A stretch of 64,000 nucleotides of DNA from Thermoplasmatota archaeon (GTDB taxonomy: Archaea > Thermoplasmatota > E2 > DHVEG-1 > B18-G2), in the NCBI GenBank assembly GCA_029259115.1, contig JAPDJO010000028.1, forward strand, positions 18,593-82,592. Direction: 5' to 3'. The position numbers were made by a program, and so were the translations under genes. Shown piece by piece: positions 41,201 through 51,749 of this stretch (within the stretch, counting starts at the first letter, position 1; each line of letters begins with the position of its first letter). A model generated the notes under the pieces. That model saw only the letters and a list, made by a program, of their open reading frames with translations, was not told the DNA's origin and did no database searches.

Positions 41201-42175
41201 TGCTGTATCGTTTACAGCAAGTGTATCACAACCATGCTTTGCAGTTACATTTACTAAGTTTTCAAAAGTTCCACATTCATCAACAGTAGCGTTGAAAACT
41301 ATCTCCATTGGAAAATCGCTATATGATAGGTCATTAAAGTACCATATAAGTTGATTTCCAGATTGCTCTGATACCTCTGGATCTGCGGTTCCGTCAACAT
41401 AGCTTAGTCCGGATGGTAGTGTGTCAACTACTGTAACATTATCGAATCCTGTACCTCCTGTATTCGTAACGATTATCTTGAATGTAATCTCGCTACCTAT
41501 GGATGTCTCAACAGAGTTACTATACTCTCCGCAACCGACTTTTACAAGCTTTTCAACTTCGATTCCTGGCGTAGGTTGCGGAACAGTCACATTAGCGATG
41601 GCTTCGCCATGAACATCTTTCCCACTACAGTGATACGCATCTATGGTAACCCTGTTCGTGAGATTTCCATATCCGGTAACATTGGCCTCAAAATCTATGT
41701 AGAGATGACCGGTTTCCTCTATGAATATACAAATACTATCCGGACTATTATCAAAATAGAGATCCCAAGTTAAGTTGTTCCCATCGATAGCTGGATCTTC
41801 CGTTACATTACCTGTGATATAAATTGGCTCACCGGACATATTTTTCACGATAGAAATATTGTCGCCATGTATTATTGTGCTCCCCTTGACATACTCCATA
41901 CCATCAGGGAGTTTGTCTTTTATAAGGATTCCATATATGCTTGTTTCATTTGGTAAATTCTGTTCAGGATGATATATAGATATCCTAAACTTAACAGTGT
42001 CTCCAATATGTGCGGTTATTTCATCTACCCATTCGCTGCCATTCCATACCTTTTTATCTACCTGCATCTTCGTTGAATCTGAATTGTGGAGATTTAATGG
42101 TTTTACTATTGTAGTGAAGTTTGCAGCTATCAGTATTCCTACTAACAAAACTATTGTACCTACGCTTCTTCTCAT
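38201..42175 (-). CDS. large surface glycoprotein (about 5 DUF11-like repeats, Ig-like, PKD, carboxypeptidase-regulatory-like domains)
   Basis: Signal peptide; repeats K.V....W......G..I.F.I...N.G.....V.D.LP..L.Y; WDFGDG; many NxT/S sequons. Confidence 0.85.
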   Translation of the reverse strand: MRRSVGTIVLLVGILIAANFTTIVKPLNLHNSDSTKMQVDKKVWNGSEWVDEITAHIGDTVKFRISIYHPEQNLPNETSIYGILIKDKLPDGMEYVKGSTIIHGDNISIVKNMSGEPIYITGNVTEDPAIDGNNLTWDLYFDNSPDSICIFIEETGHLYIDFEANVTGYGNLTNRVTIDAYHCSGKDVHGEAIANVTVPQPTPGIEVEKLVKVGCGEYSNSVETSIGSEITFKIIVTNTGGTGFDNVTVVDTLPSGLSYVDGTADPEVSEQSGNQLIWYFNDLSYSDFPMEIVFNATVDECGTFENLVNVTAKHGCDTLAVNDTAEVDAICHPNISLQKWVSLDGENWTKSLEEYLPHIINGDNKIYFKINLTNTGDIDLTGVLEDFLPPFLKYNHDSNIAPTYANDSYINWSDDLPKNFSLVITFSATPLSGGTGKNVVKATADQGVNATDSVNITLYEPYIEVNKRVRKFCPRGEWSDKVKTSGGIVEFRIDITYHGNPLDPLNYVFHNITIVDELPSVLTYIENSTSFEGDWSDWDEYYTGDIEPTISGHTLTWNLDDIFRIPDGGTLTLYFNATVNEDADCGIFENVVIVTGDECSGMHLEGSDNATIEIPCPDVQIEKKIRDPGTGEWEDSAYVFYGDEITFNITIDNVGERDVSDITVVDPLIDNLEFVSGTPEPTINENELVWSYISVKAGEKFYIEFTVRFTGVNCYGCYNNTAYLIYYVGCQEIERNDSARFCIRNDGYPPRSHVNEIDPYWHNSPFTITATASDDETYVARVELYYSHSTDGENWSEWQLFGGDTDGSDGWSWEFFGADGDYKFCSIAYDAVGNREDKAYAEEASAVIDTVPPESTVDPIVPYERDEVPIVLSYAASDDRSGIAEVKLYYRYSADNETWTDWKEGEWSFSTSNSGYYEFYSVAVDNAGNIETAPEQADARCKIILPEPLSAEIDGPTEGMVGEELTFKGNISGGYPPYTLSWDFGDGYTAEGTQVTHTYLSAETFEVTLTVVDSKGNDVTTHKYVTIHPLEKLKVNITKPEVGAIYFKDRKIISIPFNLTIIIGPITISADIENAYGETSVEFIIDDESKGIVDEEPFNYTWNERAFCKHHIEVIAYDDFDGLPTRTANASMDVLIFNLALKRNKTEETGVVKGKVYDSGTLLKKGIGGVKITVIETNETYTTKRILSKGKYCIKLAPGTYHLKFEKKGYVTKIVEVTVNASEVTKKNVGLDRMGTLYGRVLKKSKLLFRGIRGATVEAVNNDTGEHFSVNTSFRGKYSMELPPGNYTVTASAEGYTCVTEYNVIIKPGKSKKLNFKLEKEESS

Positions 42176-42257
42176 ACCGCATTACCTCCAAACCTTTCTA
42201 ACAACATTATCTTCTAACAGTATTTTAATTTATCGGTATATATATTTTTCTGTACAA

Positions 42258-42659
42258 TCATTGATTATGTTTGCGCTCCAAAATTCTATCTATCCTTGCC
42301 TTCAACTCCTCTATTTCAAAAGGTTTTTCAATAAAATCTTCTCCAAGAAAGCTGCCTATCTCTTTTGCCTTTTGATCGGTTCTAGCTGTCAGAAAGATTA
42401 TGGGTATATCTTTCCACTCTATTCTCTCTTTAATTCTGTTATATACTTCCCAGCCACTCATTTTAGGGAGCATTATGTCCAACACAATCAAATCAGGTTT
42501 TATCTTTTCTCTTATGAGTAATCTCAAACAGTCCTCTCCACTCTCCACAGGTATAACCTCAATATCGCTGTCTAGGGCTTTTAAACCTTCTTTTATTGAT
42601 GTAAGTATATCTGGATTATCATCAACCACCAATATTCTCTTCTTCCTCATTATTATCAC
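42258..42659 (-). CDS. stand-alone response regulator receiver
   Basis: ILVVDD, LDIMLP, IFLTA, KPF. Confidence 0.9.
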   Translation of the reverse strand: MIIMRKKRILVVDDNPDILTSIKEGLKALDSDIEVIPVESGEDCLRLLIREKIKPDLIVLDIMLPKMSGWEVYNRIKERIEWKDIPIIFLTARTDQKAKEIGSFLGEDFIEKPFEIEELKARIDRILERKHNQ

Positions 42660-44421
42660 CTATAGGTAATGTAAAATATATACTTGTACCTTTCCCCAAT
42701 CCCTCACTCTCAGCCCATATCCTACCCCCATGCTTTTCGACTATCCTTTTGCATATAGTTAGACCAAGACCTGAGCTTTCAACGTTATGCCTTGATTCAT
42801 CTACCTTATAGAACTCATCGAATATCCTATATTTTTGATCACCCTCAAGACCCATTCCATTATCCTTTACTTCTATTATTACCTCGTTACCATTTGGTTT
42901 AGCAAGGAATTCTATTTTTCCGCCTTCCGGCGTGTACTTGATTGAATTGGAAATCAGGTTTGTAAAAACTTCCTTTAATCTGAGTCTATCAGCTTTTACA
43001 AAAATATCTTTATCTACTCTGTTTATAGATTTTATATTTTTTTTCTTTATAATGTGTTCATTGTCCCTTATGCTCTCATCAACAATGTCACTGAGTCTTA
43101 CATCTTTGATACTAAATTTCACATTTGGCATGTTAAGTTTCGCTAGATTTAAGGTATCAACGACCAAGTTCTTCATATACCTTGCATTTCTTAGAGATAT
43201 ATCGATCAATCTTTTAGTGTCTTCATCATGTACTCTTTCTCTTACAAGGGGTAGAAGTGAGAGTATGGGGGTTAGTGGCGTTTTAAGATCGTGGCCAAGT
43301 TGACTGATAAATTCATCCTTTTGCTTCAGGAGTTCCTCGATTTCCTCTGTTCTTCTTTTTACTTCCTTTTCCAGATTCTTGTTGAGTCTTTTTAGCTCCA
43401 TCTCATAACTCTTAATATCAGTAACATCTCTGATAACCATCATTTTTCCTATTTTCTCTCCCTTCCTATCCCGAAGTGTAGTTGTACTAACCTCATAGAA
43501 TCGGTTTGATTTTTTGCACGTCTTTCTACCATCTTCCTTATACAGAAAGTCAAGGATCTTACCACAATCAACAAGAATCTCAAAAGCTTTCTTTCCAATA
43601 GCTTCGTCTCTTTTTAGTGACAGTAGTTTTTCGGCAGATCTATTGAGATCTATGACCCTATTTTCCTCGTCAAAAACGATTACTGCATCTCTCATTCCCT
43701 CTATTATCTCATTTCTTGCAATTGGAATGATATGCATCAGTTTTAACCTATATATACCCAAGAATAGGAGAAATACAGATATAGAAAAAGATATTGGAGT
43801 GAAGTCGAATGTGAACACTCTAGATAAATATATTATATTCGATATTATTGGAATGATTGCAGCAGATGCCAATAAAACAGCTTTCTTTCTATGTATTTCG
43901 GGATAAAAGAAGGACTCTTGGAGCAAGGATAGACTGCCCGCTATAAAGATGATGTAGGAATAAATCGCATGAATCCAGAACCAATAACCATAGCTGGGAG
44001 TTAGAATCTCTAGATCTCCTATCTTGGAGAATTTTATACTCTGCCATATAAGGTGATGAAATTCATTTGTGAATACAAGTAACAAAGTTATTATCGGAAT
44101 CAAGAAGAATAGGATCACAAAGAACGGTTTTAGGTTCCTTTTAAACTTTCTCGTGTATGTAAATGAGAATAAAAACCAGAAGACCGGTAAAATAACAATA
44201 CCAATGTACTCTATCTTAGCTGCAAGTATTTTCAGATTGCAATCTGGTAAGGTCATCTCAAATAAATATCCGAGAGACCATATAGAAATGGAAATCAAGA
44301 TGAGAAAAAAGTATATTGTTGGTCTATCTTTTTTGCGGCGCCATATGACATAGAGTATCGATATAGTGAATAGGAAGCCCATTGATGTAGAGGCTATAGA
44401 TATAACATCTGTTGCGAGCAT
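42622..44421 (-). CDS. HisKA_7TM-PAS sensor histidine kinase
   Basis: 7TM N-terminus (LLVFTN.FHHLIW), PAS, GHDLKTPLT, NLISNSIKY, DNGMG, GLGL. Confidence 0.92.
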   Translation of the reverse strand: MLATDVISIASTSMGFLFTISILYVIWRRKKDRPTIYFFLILISISIWSLGYLFEMTLPDCNLKILAAKIEYIGIVILPVFWFLFSFTYTRKFKRNLKPFFVILFFLIPIITLLLVFTNEFHHLIWQSIKFSKIGDLEILTPSYGYWFWIHAIYSYIIFIAGSLSLLQESFFYPEIHRKKAVLLASAAIIPIISNIIYLSRVFTFDFTPISFSISVFLLFLGIYRLKLMHIIPIARNEIIEGMRDAVIVFDEENRVIDLNRSAEKLLSLKRDEAIGKKAFEILVDCGKILDFLYKEDGRKTCKKSNRFYEVSTTTLRDRKGEKIGKMMVIRDVTDIKSYEMELKRLNKNLEKEVKRRTEEIEELLKQKDEFISQLGHDLKTPLTPILSLLPLVRERVHDEDTKRLIDISLRNARYMKNLVVDTLNLAKLNMPNVKFSIKDVRLSDIVDESIRDNEHIIKKKNIKSINRVDKDIFVKADRLRLKEVFTNLISNSIKYTPEGGKIEFLAKPNGNEVIIEVKDNGMGLEGDQKYRIFDEFYKVDESRHNVESSGLGLTICKRIVEKHGGRIWAESEGLGKGTSIYFTLPIGDNNEEEENIGG

Positions 44422-44476
44422 ACCCCTCCACGTGAAGAGTGCATCCCAAAAGTGAATGCCTTAAGAATTTAAAAAA

Positions 44477-44605
44477 TTAACTTACATAATAAGAGAGCCA
44501 TTCCTCCTCTTCAAATCCTGTCTCTTCCTTTACCTCTTCAACTTTTTCTTCTGCATTCTCTTCGCTACTTTTTTCAAATAGTTTTCGTAGTCTTTCAAAT
44601 ACCAT
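44477..44605 (-). CDS. putative 42-aa acidic peptide MVFERLRKLFEKSSEENAEEKVEEVKEETGFEEEEWLSYYVS
   Basis: Manual translation; purine-rich coding-like bias; AT-rich promoter-like region upstream. Confidence 0.5.
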   Translation of the reverse strand: MVFERLRKLFEKSSEENAEEKVEEVKEETGFEEEEWLSYYVS

Positions 44606-44710
44606 TCATTGAATATTATGAAATAAATAATATATTAATTTTGTCAATTTTTGACTCGCCTTTCAGCTTTACAAAACCATTATATAAAAATTTTCCATAT
44701 CTGGTGAGAG

Positions 44711-47521
44711 ATGAAGACAGAGTACAATTACAAGGAAATAGAAGAAAAGTGGCAAAAAAATTGGTTTGAAAAAAAGATATATGAAGCTAAGAGAGATGAG
44801 AAGAAAAAGAGCTTTTTCATTCATTTTGCGTATCCCGGGATATCTGGATATTTACATGTTGGTCATATGAGAGGTTTCACCTATGCTGACATAATCGCAA
44901 GATATAAAAGGATGAAAGGATACAACGTGATCTTCCCAGCAGGGTTCCATGCTTCTGGTTTGCCATCTGTAGCTTTTGCCAAGAAGGTGGAAAGGAGGGA
45001 TCCTGACACTATAAAAATTTTGAAAGAGAATGGTTGCTCTGATGATGTTATTGAGAAATTAAAAGATCCTTTATACGTGGTCAAATTTTTTAGCGAGATA
45101 TATGTCGAGGAATATTGGAAAAAGTTTGGATTCCTTATAGATTATTCAAGATTAACAGATACAATATCTGAGGGTTATAAGAAATTTATAACATGGCAAT
45201 TCTTGAAACTAAAAGAAAAAGGGCTCCTAACTCAAAAATCCCACTTTGCACCTTTCTGTCCGAACTGCGGACCAGTAGCTGTAGACAAGTCAGAGACAGA
45301 CATATCTAAAGGTGGAAATGCAGAGATTTTAGAGTTTACTGTAATAAAGTTTAGATGGAAAGATGAAGAGACAATCCTTCCCGCCGCAACCCTCAGACCA
45401 GAAACAATATTCGGAGTAACAAACATGTGGGTGAATCCCGATGTTGAGTATGAGAAAATAAAAGTAGGAAACGAGATATGGATCTGTTCTCCGGAGTGCG
45501 CCGACAAGTTAACTTATCAGATGGATAACATAGAAAGAACCGGAGAGAAAATCAGAGGCAGAGATCTCGTAGATAAAACTTGTATAGTTCCTCTAGTTGA
45601 TAGAGAGGTTCCCATCCTTCCAGGAAAGTTTGTTGATCCGAATGTTGCGACCGGCATAGTGATGAGTGTTCCTGCTCATGCTCCTTATGATTGGATAGCC
45701 TTACAGGAAATAAGACCAGATGTCAAGCCGATAAGTATTATCAGAGTAGAAGGTTATGGTAAGATACCTGCCAAAGAGATATGCGAGGATATGGGTATAA
45801 AGAGTCAGGATGAAAAGGAGAAACTAGATAGAGCTACTGAGATTATTTACAAAAAGGAATTTCATACAGGAGTGCTTAATGAAGCTTGTAGAGAGTATGC
45901 TGGTCTCAAAATATCTGAGGTGAAAGACGAAGTTAAAAACGAATTGATAAGCAGAAATCTAGCAGAGATCATGATGGAGTTTTCAGAAGAAGTTATCTGC
46001 AGATGTGGGAGAAAGGTTGTTATAAAGAGGATACCTGATCAGTGGTTCATAAGATATAGTGATGGAGAGCTAACAGAATTATCTAAGATGCATGTAGAAA
46101 CCATGAATATATTTCCAGAGGAGTATAAAAAGGAGTTGCCAGGCATTTTGGATTGGTACAGTGATAGAGCCTGCATAAGGAAGGGATCCTGGCTAGGGAC
46201 AGAATTTCCTTTCAAGAGAGGTTGGATCATAGAACCTATATCTGATTCTACCTTATATCCAATATATTATCTGGTTTCGAAGTATGTAAATGAAGGTAAA
46301 GTAGAGCCTAAAGAAATGGACGAAAAGTTTTTCGATTATATCTTTCTCGGAAAAGGGAAACCAAAAAATAGCATATGGGAAGAAATAAGAAGAGACGTTT
46401 TATACTGGTATCCAGTTGATATTAACTTGGGTGGTAAAGAACATAAAACCGTTCATTTCCCTGTTTTCATAATGAATCACGTTGCCATCCTTCCAAGCGA
46501 GTTGTGGCCAAAAGGCATATTTGTTCACTGGTGGGTCACACAGAAAGGAAAGGAAAAGATAAGCAAGTCAAAGGGCGGCGCCGAACCAATACCAAAGGCT
46601 GCAGAAACGTATGGAGTGGATGCAATGAGACTCTACTACTCTCATGTTGGATCTCCATTTGTTGACGTGGAATGGGATCCCAACATTGTTATCAGCTACA
46701 AGAATAGGATTTCTTACATATGGAATATTGTTCGAGACATACTATCAACAAATGGAGAGGAGAATCTCGATATAGACAGATGGATAAAGAGTGTCTTTGC
46801 TAGAAGAATAAAGAGAATAAATGAATATATGGAAGGATACAATTTGAGAGATGCGGCAAATGATATCTTTTTCGAGATACCTAACGACATAAGATGGTAC
46901 CGAAGGAGGGGAGGAAATAATGGGAAACTTCTAAGAGAGATTCTGAAGGATTGGACAAAACTTATGGTGCCATTTACTCCTCATCTTGCCGAAGAAATAT
47001 GGGAAAATCTCGGAAATAATGGATTCGTTTCTCTTGAGACATATCCAGAATATGATGAGAGCATGATTTCTCCAGAAGCAGAGACGAGTGAACTGCTCAT
47101 AAAAAGACTGATGAACGATATTCAAGAAATACTGAAGGTCACCGGAATAAAGGCGAATAAGATTTATGTATATACCGCTGAAGACTGGAAATGGGAGGTC
47201 TATGAAAAGATACTGAAGGGGGAGGATATTGGAGGAATAATGAAGGAACTGATGCAGAGAGAAGAGTTGAGAAAACTCGGCAAAGAGGTTTCCAAATTCA
47301 TCAAGGACTCGATCACTGACCTGAAAAAACTCTCTGAGCAGGATAAGAAGAGATTTGAAGTTAGAATTGATGAGTTTGAGATATTGAAAAATGCTGCTGA
47401 TTTCCTGAAGAAGGAATTCGGTGCCGAAATTATTATAGAGAAAGCAGACAAACCAGAGTATGATCCTTCAAATAAATCCAGATATGCAAGACCATTGAAG
47501 CCCGCCATCTATGTAGAATGA
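44711..47521 (+). CDS. leuS: leucyl-tRNA synthetase (archaeal type)
   Basis: YP..SGYLHVGH, ATLRPET.FGVTN.W, SVPAHAPYD, KISKSKG, P.KPAIYVE. Confidence 0.96.
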   Translation: MKTEYNYKEIEEKWQKNWFEKKIYEAKRDEKKKSFFIHFAYPGISGYLHVGHMRGFTYADIIARYKRMKGYNVIFPAGFHASGLPSVAFAKKVERRDPDTIKILKENGCSDDVIEKLKDPLYVVKFFSEIYVEEYWKKFGFLIDYSRLTDTISEGYKKFITWQFLKLKEKGLLTQKSHFAPFCPNCGPVAVDKSETDISKGGNAEILEFTVIKFRWKDEETILPAATLRPETIFGVTNMWVNPDVEYEKIKVGNEIWICSPECADKLTYQMDNIERTGEKIRGRDLVDKTCIVPLVDREVPILPGKFVDPNVATGIVMSVPAHAPYDWIALQEIRPDVKPISIIRVEGYGKIPAKEICEDMGIKSQDEKEKLDRATEIIYKKEFHTGVLNEACREYAGLKISEVKDEVKNELISRNLAEIMMEFSEEVICRCGRKVVIKRIPDQWFIRYSDGELTELSKMHVETMNIFPEEYKKELPGILDWYSDRACIRKGSWLGTEFPFKRGWIIEPISDSTLYPIYYLVSKYVNEGKVEPKEMDEKFFDYIFLGKGKPKNSIWEEIRRDVLYWYPVDINLGGKEHKTVHFPVFIMNHVAILPSELWPKGIFVHWWVTQKGKEKISKSKGGAEPIPKAAETYGVDAMRLYYSHVGSPFVDVEWDPNIVISYKNRISYIWNIVRDILSTNGEENLDIDRWIKSVFARRIKRINEYMEGYNLRDAANDIFFEIPNDIRWYRRRGGNNGKLLREILKDWTKLMVPFTPHLAEEIWENLGNNGFVSLETYPEYDESMISPEAETSELLIKRLMNDIQEILKVTGIKANKIYVYTAEDWKWEVYEKILKGEDIGGIMKELMQREELRKLGKEVSKFIKDSITDLKKLSEQDKKRFEVRIDEFEILKNAADFLKKEFGAEIIIEKADKPEYDPSNKSRYARPLKPAIYVE

Positions 47522-48195
47522 TAGGCGATAAAGAAGTATGGGAAAGAATAGCAGAGAGTTTCGATAAAACGAGAAGAAGACCATGGTTAAAATGTGTCGA
47601 ATTTATAGATTCGATGGAGAAAAAAGGACTGTTTCTCGATATAGGTTGTGGAAATGGTAGGCATCTAATACCGGCTGCAAAACGAAGTAAACTTGTTATC
47701 GGTATTGACTTCTCGATAAATATGCTCAGGACCTGTCGTAACAATCTGGAAAATAGTGAGATTCGAAATTACGCCCTCCTGCAGGCGGATGCAAGATATC
47801 TTCCATTCAAGGATGATTGTTTCGATTATGTCATTTTTATTGCATCGCTCCATAATATTAGGGGTAGAGATAACAGGATAAAGGCGCTCAAAGAGATGAG
47901 AAGAGTTTTAAAAAAAGGCGGTAAAGGTTTGATATCGGTCTGGTCAAAATGGCAAGATAGATTTCTTTTTCACTTCCTGAAGGAATTTTTTTTGAGAAAA
48001 TATGAGGAATTTGGAGATATTGAGATTATGTGGAAGAAAGATAATATCAATCTTCCAAGATTCTACCACCTTTACAGTAGAAGGGAGTTTCTCGGAGAGC
48101 TTGAAGAGGTGGGATTCAGCACAATAGAAATAGAATCTATCAGAATATCTTCAAAAATTGTGAAAGATAACTTTTTCGCTGTTGTAACTAAATAG
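47518..48195 (+). CDS. class I SAM methyltransferase (Trm9-like)
   Basis: IA.SFD.TR.RPW, DIGCGNGRH, IASLH, SVW, RFYHL. Confidence 0.8.
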   Translation: MIGDKEVWERIAESFDKTRRRPWLKCVEFIDSMEKKGLFLDIGCGNGRHLIPAAKRSKLVIGIDFSINMLRTCRNNLENSEIRNYALLQADARYLPFKDDCFDYVIFIASLHNIRGRDNRIKALKEMRRVLKKGGKGLISVWSKWQDRFLFHFLKEFFLRKYEEFGDIEIMWKKDNINLPRFYHLYSRREFLGELEEVGFSTIEIESIRISSKIVKDNFFAVVTK

Positions 48196-48198
48196 ATG

Positions 48199-48600
48199 CT
48201 AAGAAGCGAGAACACTCCAGAACAAGAACAGCATCGTGAAGATCATAAGGATTATTGCTATGATAATCAGAATCTGTACAACTTTCAAACTCGTTCCAAA
48301 TATCACTGGAAAAGGACCGATGAATACAACACCTCCACCTTCGATTTCCCTTTCAGTAAATTCTTCTTCACTCGGAATTCCGCTGTAACCTGTTGCTTCT
48401 TCCCTCACCTTCTCTACTATACCAAACACAAAAAACATAAATGAAAGAAAGATAAGAAACATCCCGAGAGCTGCATAAAATCCGGAACCGATGATGAATG
48501 GGAATATTATAAAGAAACCTCCTCTCACGTCACCATAGAAGAGGATCAGCAATAATCCTGCGATAAACAAAATCACAGAAAGCAGGTAGAACTTGTTCAT
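48199..48600 (-). CDS. DUF131-family membrane protein
   Basis: GGFFIIFPFI, GGGVVFIGPFPVIFGT. Confidence 0.8.
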   Translation of the reverse strand: MNKFYLLSVILFIAGLLLILFYGDVRGGFFIIFPFIIGSGFYAALGMFLIFLSFMFFVFGIVEKVREEATGYSGIPSEEEFTEREIEGGGVVFIGPFPVIFGTSLKVVQILIIIAIILMIFTMLFLFWSVLAS

Positions 48601-49454
48601 TTCTCCTCCCCCACCTTCCGCTTGTAAAGTTTTAGGAGATTCTCAAGTGCAGACGCTATCGTTACCGGCCCAACACCTCCTGGCACAGGCGTAATAGCGC
48701 TAACAATTTCTTTCACCTCATCAAATGCAACATCGCCACATATGCCTTTTTCTGTCTTCGATATACCAACGTCTATAACAACACTTCCTTCTTTTATATG
48801 TTCCCTGCCTATAAGTCTAGGAACGCCTGTCGCCGTAATCAGAATATCAGCCTTTCTGGTGTACTCTTTAAGATTCCTTGTGAAAACATGACAAACAGAT
48901 ACTGTGGCATTCCTGTTTAGCAGAAGGATTGCAAGAGGTTTCCCGACTATCGGGCTGTGGTTCACTATTACAGCATTTGCACCTTTAAGTTGCACATTCG
49001 CATGTTCAAGTATTCTAAGTACTGCCAGGGGGGTACATGGTATGATATCCTCCTCACCGATCATCAATCTGCCAAGATTTCTTGGAGTTATGCCTTCAAC
49101 ATCTTTATCTGGGCTCAATCTCGAAAGAAGGCGGTGCAGGGAGATATGCTCCGGAATAGGTTGCTGTATGATGATTCCATGGATTTCTTCACTGCTGTTC
49201 AGTTCCTCAATTACTTCAATAACCTCTCTTTCTTCAACATCCTCAAAAAATCTGTAATGCTCTGATTTTATGCCAACCTCTGAAGATGCTCTCTCTCTCA
49301 ATCTGAGAAAGAGTTCTGATTCTCTGTTGTTGCCGATAATGATGGTGCCTATGGTTGGAATTGAGTCACATCTCGAAGTCAATTCTTTTAACTCAGATGA
49401 AATCCTCTCTTTTATTTCTCCTGCTAATTTTTTACCATCTATGATATGAACCAT
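48597..49454 (-). CDS. folD: methylene-THF dehydrogenase/cyclohydrolase
   Basis: IIDGK, KDVEG, PCTP, IVGKP, DVGI, TPVPGGVGPVT. Confidence 0.93.
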   Translation of the reverse strand: MVHIIDGKKLAGEIKERISSELKELTSRCDSIPTIGTIIIGNNRESELFLRLRERASSEVGIKSEHYRFFEDVEEREVIEVIEELNSSEEIHGIIIQQPIPEHISLHRLLSRLSPDKDVEGITPRNLGRLMIGEEDIIPCTPLAVLRILEHANVQLKGANAVIVNHSPIVGKPLAILLLNRNATVSVCHVFTRNLKEYTRKADILITATGVPRLIGREHIKEGSVVIDVGISKTEKGICGDVAFDEVKEIVSAITPVPGGVGPVTIASALENLLKLYKRKVGEEK

Positions 49455-49510
49455 GCTGCAGATAATGATGGTTGTAGCAGTTAAAAAATTATGGATGTAT
49501 CTTCAGTGAA

Positions 49511-50311
49511 TTAGACCTTTCTTCCGATGGCATAAAACTGTGGGAAGAAGTTGAGCTCTATCCCTTCATCCAAAGATTTGAGATACTCATACTCCCACTG
49601 GTCAATTTCTTCTTCGCTCAACCCTGCCTCCTTTAATACTCTTATGTAATAATCTCTGGAATGCAAATAATAGGCTTTATCCTCCTCACAACTCCATATC
49701 CTGCTATTTCCGATGCCTATCTCTGTTTCCAATCCAGCTCTAACGAAGAACTGCCTTAACTTTCTTCCGATATATGGATCCCCTCCTCTTCTCTTTATAG
49801 CTTCTCCAGCAAATATCTTATCTACTTTTGGGTTCTCAGGCCAATGAACCTTACCTCCGAAATCTGGTTCCAAGGATGCCAAAACTATTCCTCCCCTCTT
49901 AGTTACACGAGCCATTTCATTGACAACCTTCTGGGGATCTTTAGACCACATAAGTAAAAGATTGCATGTTGTTATATCGAATGTTTCGTCTTTAAAGGGT
50001 AAGCTATGGGCATCGCCAACAACTAACAACTCAACATTGTCGTAATCTGATAGAACGTTTCTGGCTATGGATATCATCTCTTCAGAAGCATCTACTCCTA
50101 TGACAATTCCCTTTGTTAATGTAGCTATGTCTCTCGTGACCATGCCTGGTCCGCATCCAACATCTAGGATCATCTCTGCATCCTTTATACCGACCTTTAT
50201 GTAGAGAGGTATTCTCTCCTCAGCCGTTTCTATAGCTTGAAGTTCTAGTTTTTTAAGGAAGTCGTCAAGTTCTTCAGCAGATCTCCTATGAAATGGAGAG
50301 ATTTTTTTCAT
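49511..50311 (-). CDS. class I SAM-dependent methyltransferase
   Basis: LDVGCGPG, GDAHSLPF..ETFD, EM.RV.K.GG...EPD. Confidence 0.85.
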   Translation of the reverse strand: MKKISPFHRRSAEELDDFLKKLELQAIETAEERIPLYIKVGIKDAEMILDVGCGPGMVTRDIATLTKGIVIGVDASEEMISIARNVLSDYDNVELLVVGDAHSLPFKDETFDITTCNLLLMWSKDPQKVVNEMARVTKRGGIVLASLEPDFGGKVHWPENPKVDKIFAGEAIKRRGGDPYIGRKLRQFFVRAGLETEIGIGNSRIWSCEEDKAYYLHSRDYYIRVLKEAGLSEEEIDQWEYEYLKSLDEGIELNFFPQFYAIGRKV

Positions 50312-50381
50312 CTTGTTTTTACAAATGTTGAAGACCTTATAAAACCCTTATTTTGGGCATAACTGTTAAAGAAGTCTTATA

Positions 50382-51749
50382 ATGTTTGTTGCCGAAATTT
50401 TTTATAGAATGGTGAGCAGGAGAATGGGTTTGTCTGTAATTATACTCATACTCCTGATGACTTTCTCAGCTAGCTTATACTCTGCATGCAATTCAGAATT
50501 CGAAAAGTGGTGTTTGCTTGTATACTGTGATACTGATTCAGAAAGAAGCAGAGATGTTGACTCTATTGGCTTATATGTACTAAATGAGCTCGAAGAAGGG
50601 CTGGAGAAAAATGACATAGATATTCTTTTTCTATGGGACAGGGCGTCTGGGAACGATGCTGTATATCAAGTGGTTGCAGATCATACCCCTCTAATCAGAT
50701 CTAAAATAATCAAGAAATTTAAGGAGATAAACAGTGGTAGTAGTGATACACTAAAGGATTTCATCATTCAGGGTAAAGAACTGTACCCAAATAGAAGATA
50801 TATGCTGGTTATTTTTAATCATGGTTTTTCTTGGCGTGGATGTTGCTCTGATAGCCATGCTGATGAGATTGAGGACATCCACATACAAAAATGGAACGAG
50901 TATATGAGTCTCCATGAGTTACATCGAGGTCTGGATGAAAGTGGAGGCGTAGACATACTTGGTTTTTGTAGCTGCATGATGGCATCTATAGAAGTAATGT
51001 ACGAGTTGAGAAACGATACGAAAGTTATCATAGCCAGCGAGGGACTGAGTGGAGCTATGTATTGGCCATGGAAGAAATTAGTCGAAGTTTTATCAAGATC
51101 TTCTAGCGATAATCTAACAAACCTCTCTGAAAAGATCATAGATGCTTTCTCCGTATACAATCGTAATACAAGATTTGTACATCGTATCCTTAGCTTGCTA
51201 TTAGGGATCTACTCCTATCCAAGGGAATTTTACATCCTAGCATATGTCTATCCCCCGCATTTTACTATATCAGCGGTCGGGACAGAAGGAATAGCCTCGT
51301 TGGCCAAGGATATAGACAAGTTATCGATCTGTTTTACCAATAACATAGAAGAGTATAGAAAAACAATAACCAGAGCTAGGTCGAGGGTAGAAGACTTCCC
51401 TGTTCCACTATCTGTTAATGAGTTATTTGGAGACCAAATAGATATAGTTCATTTCTGTGAGATTATGAGCAAAATGGTAAACAATCAGACTATACAATAT
51501 GATCTAAAACGTATAAAAGATAAAGTTAGCTATTTGGTGATAGCTGAATATCATGAGAGAGGTCATCCTAAAGCCAATGGACTATCAATATACTTTCCTC
51601 CAAGACATCTCAAAAATGTAAGATTTGATTGGCAGTTTAAAAAAATTGGATTGAAATTCTCTTTGGATGTATATTCAAGATCTGTAGAATTCTGTGAAGA
51701 TACAAACTGGGATGATTTTCTAAAGACTTACCTATGGGGGTCAGGATGA
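50382..51749 (+). CDS. secreted clostripain-like (C11) cysteine peptidase
   Basis: W.LLVY...D, E.NSG...TL.DFI, FNHG..W.G.C.D, GFCSCMMASIEV.YEL, ASE, GLSIYFP, W..FL. Confidence 0.85.
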   Translation: MFVAEIFYRMVSRRMGLSVIILILLMTFSASLYSACNSEFEKWCLLVYCDTDSERSRDVDSIGLYVLNELEEGLEKNDIDILFLWDRASGNDAVYQVVADHTPLIRSKIIKKFKEINSGSSDTLKDFIIQGKELYPNRRYMLVIFNHGFSWRGCCSDSHADEIEDIHIQKWNEYMSLHELHRGLDESGGVDILGFCSCMMASIEVMYELRNDTKVIIASEGLSGAMYWPWKKLVEVLSRSSSDNLTNLSEKIIDAFSVYNRNTRFVHRILSLLLGIYSYPREFYILAYVYPPHFTISAVGTEGIASLAKDIDKLSICFTNNIEEYRKTITRARSRVEDFPVPLSVNELFGDQIDIVHFCEIMSKMVNNQTIQYDLKRIKDKVSYLVIAEYHERGHPKANGLSIYFPPRHLKNVRFDWQFKKIGLKFSLDVYSRSVEFCEDTNWDDFLKTYLWGSG

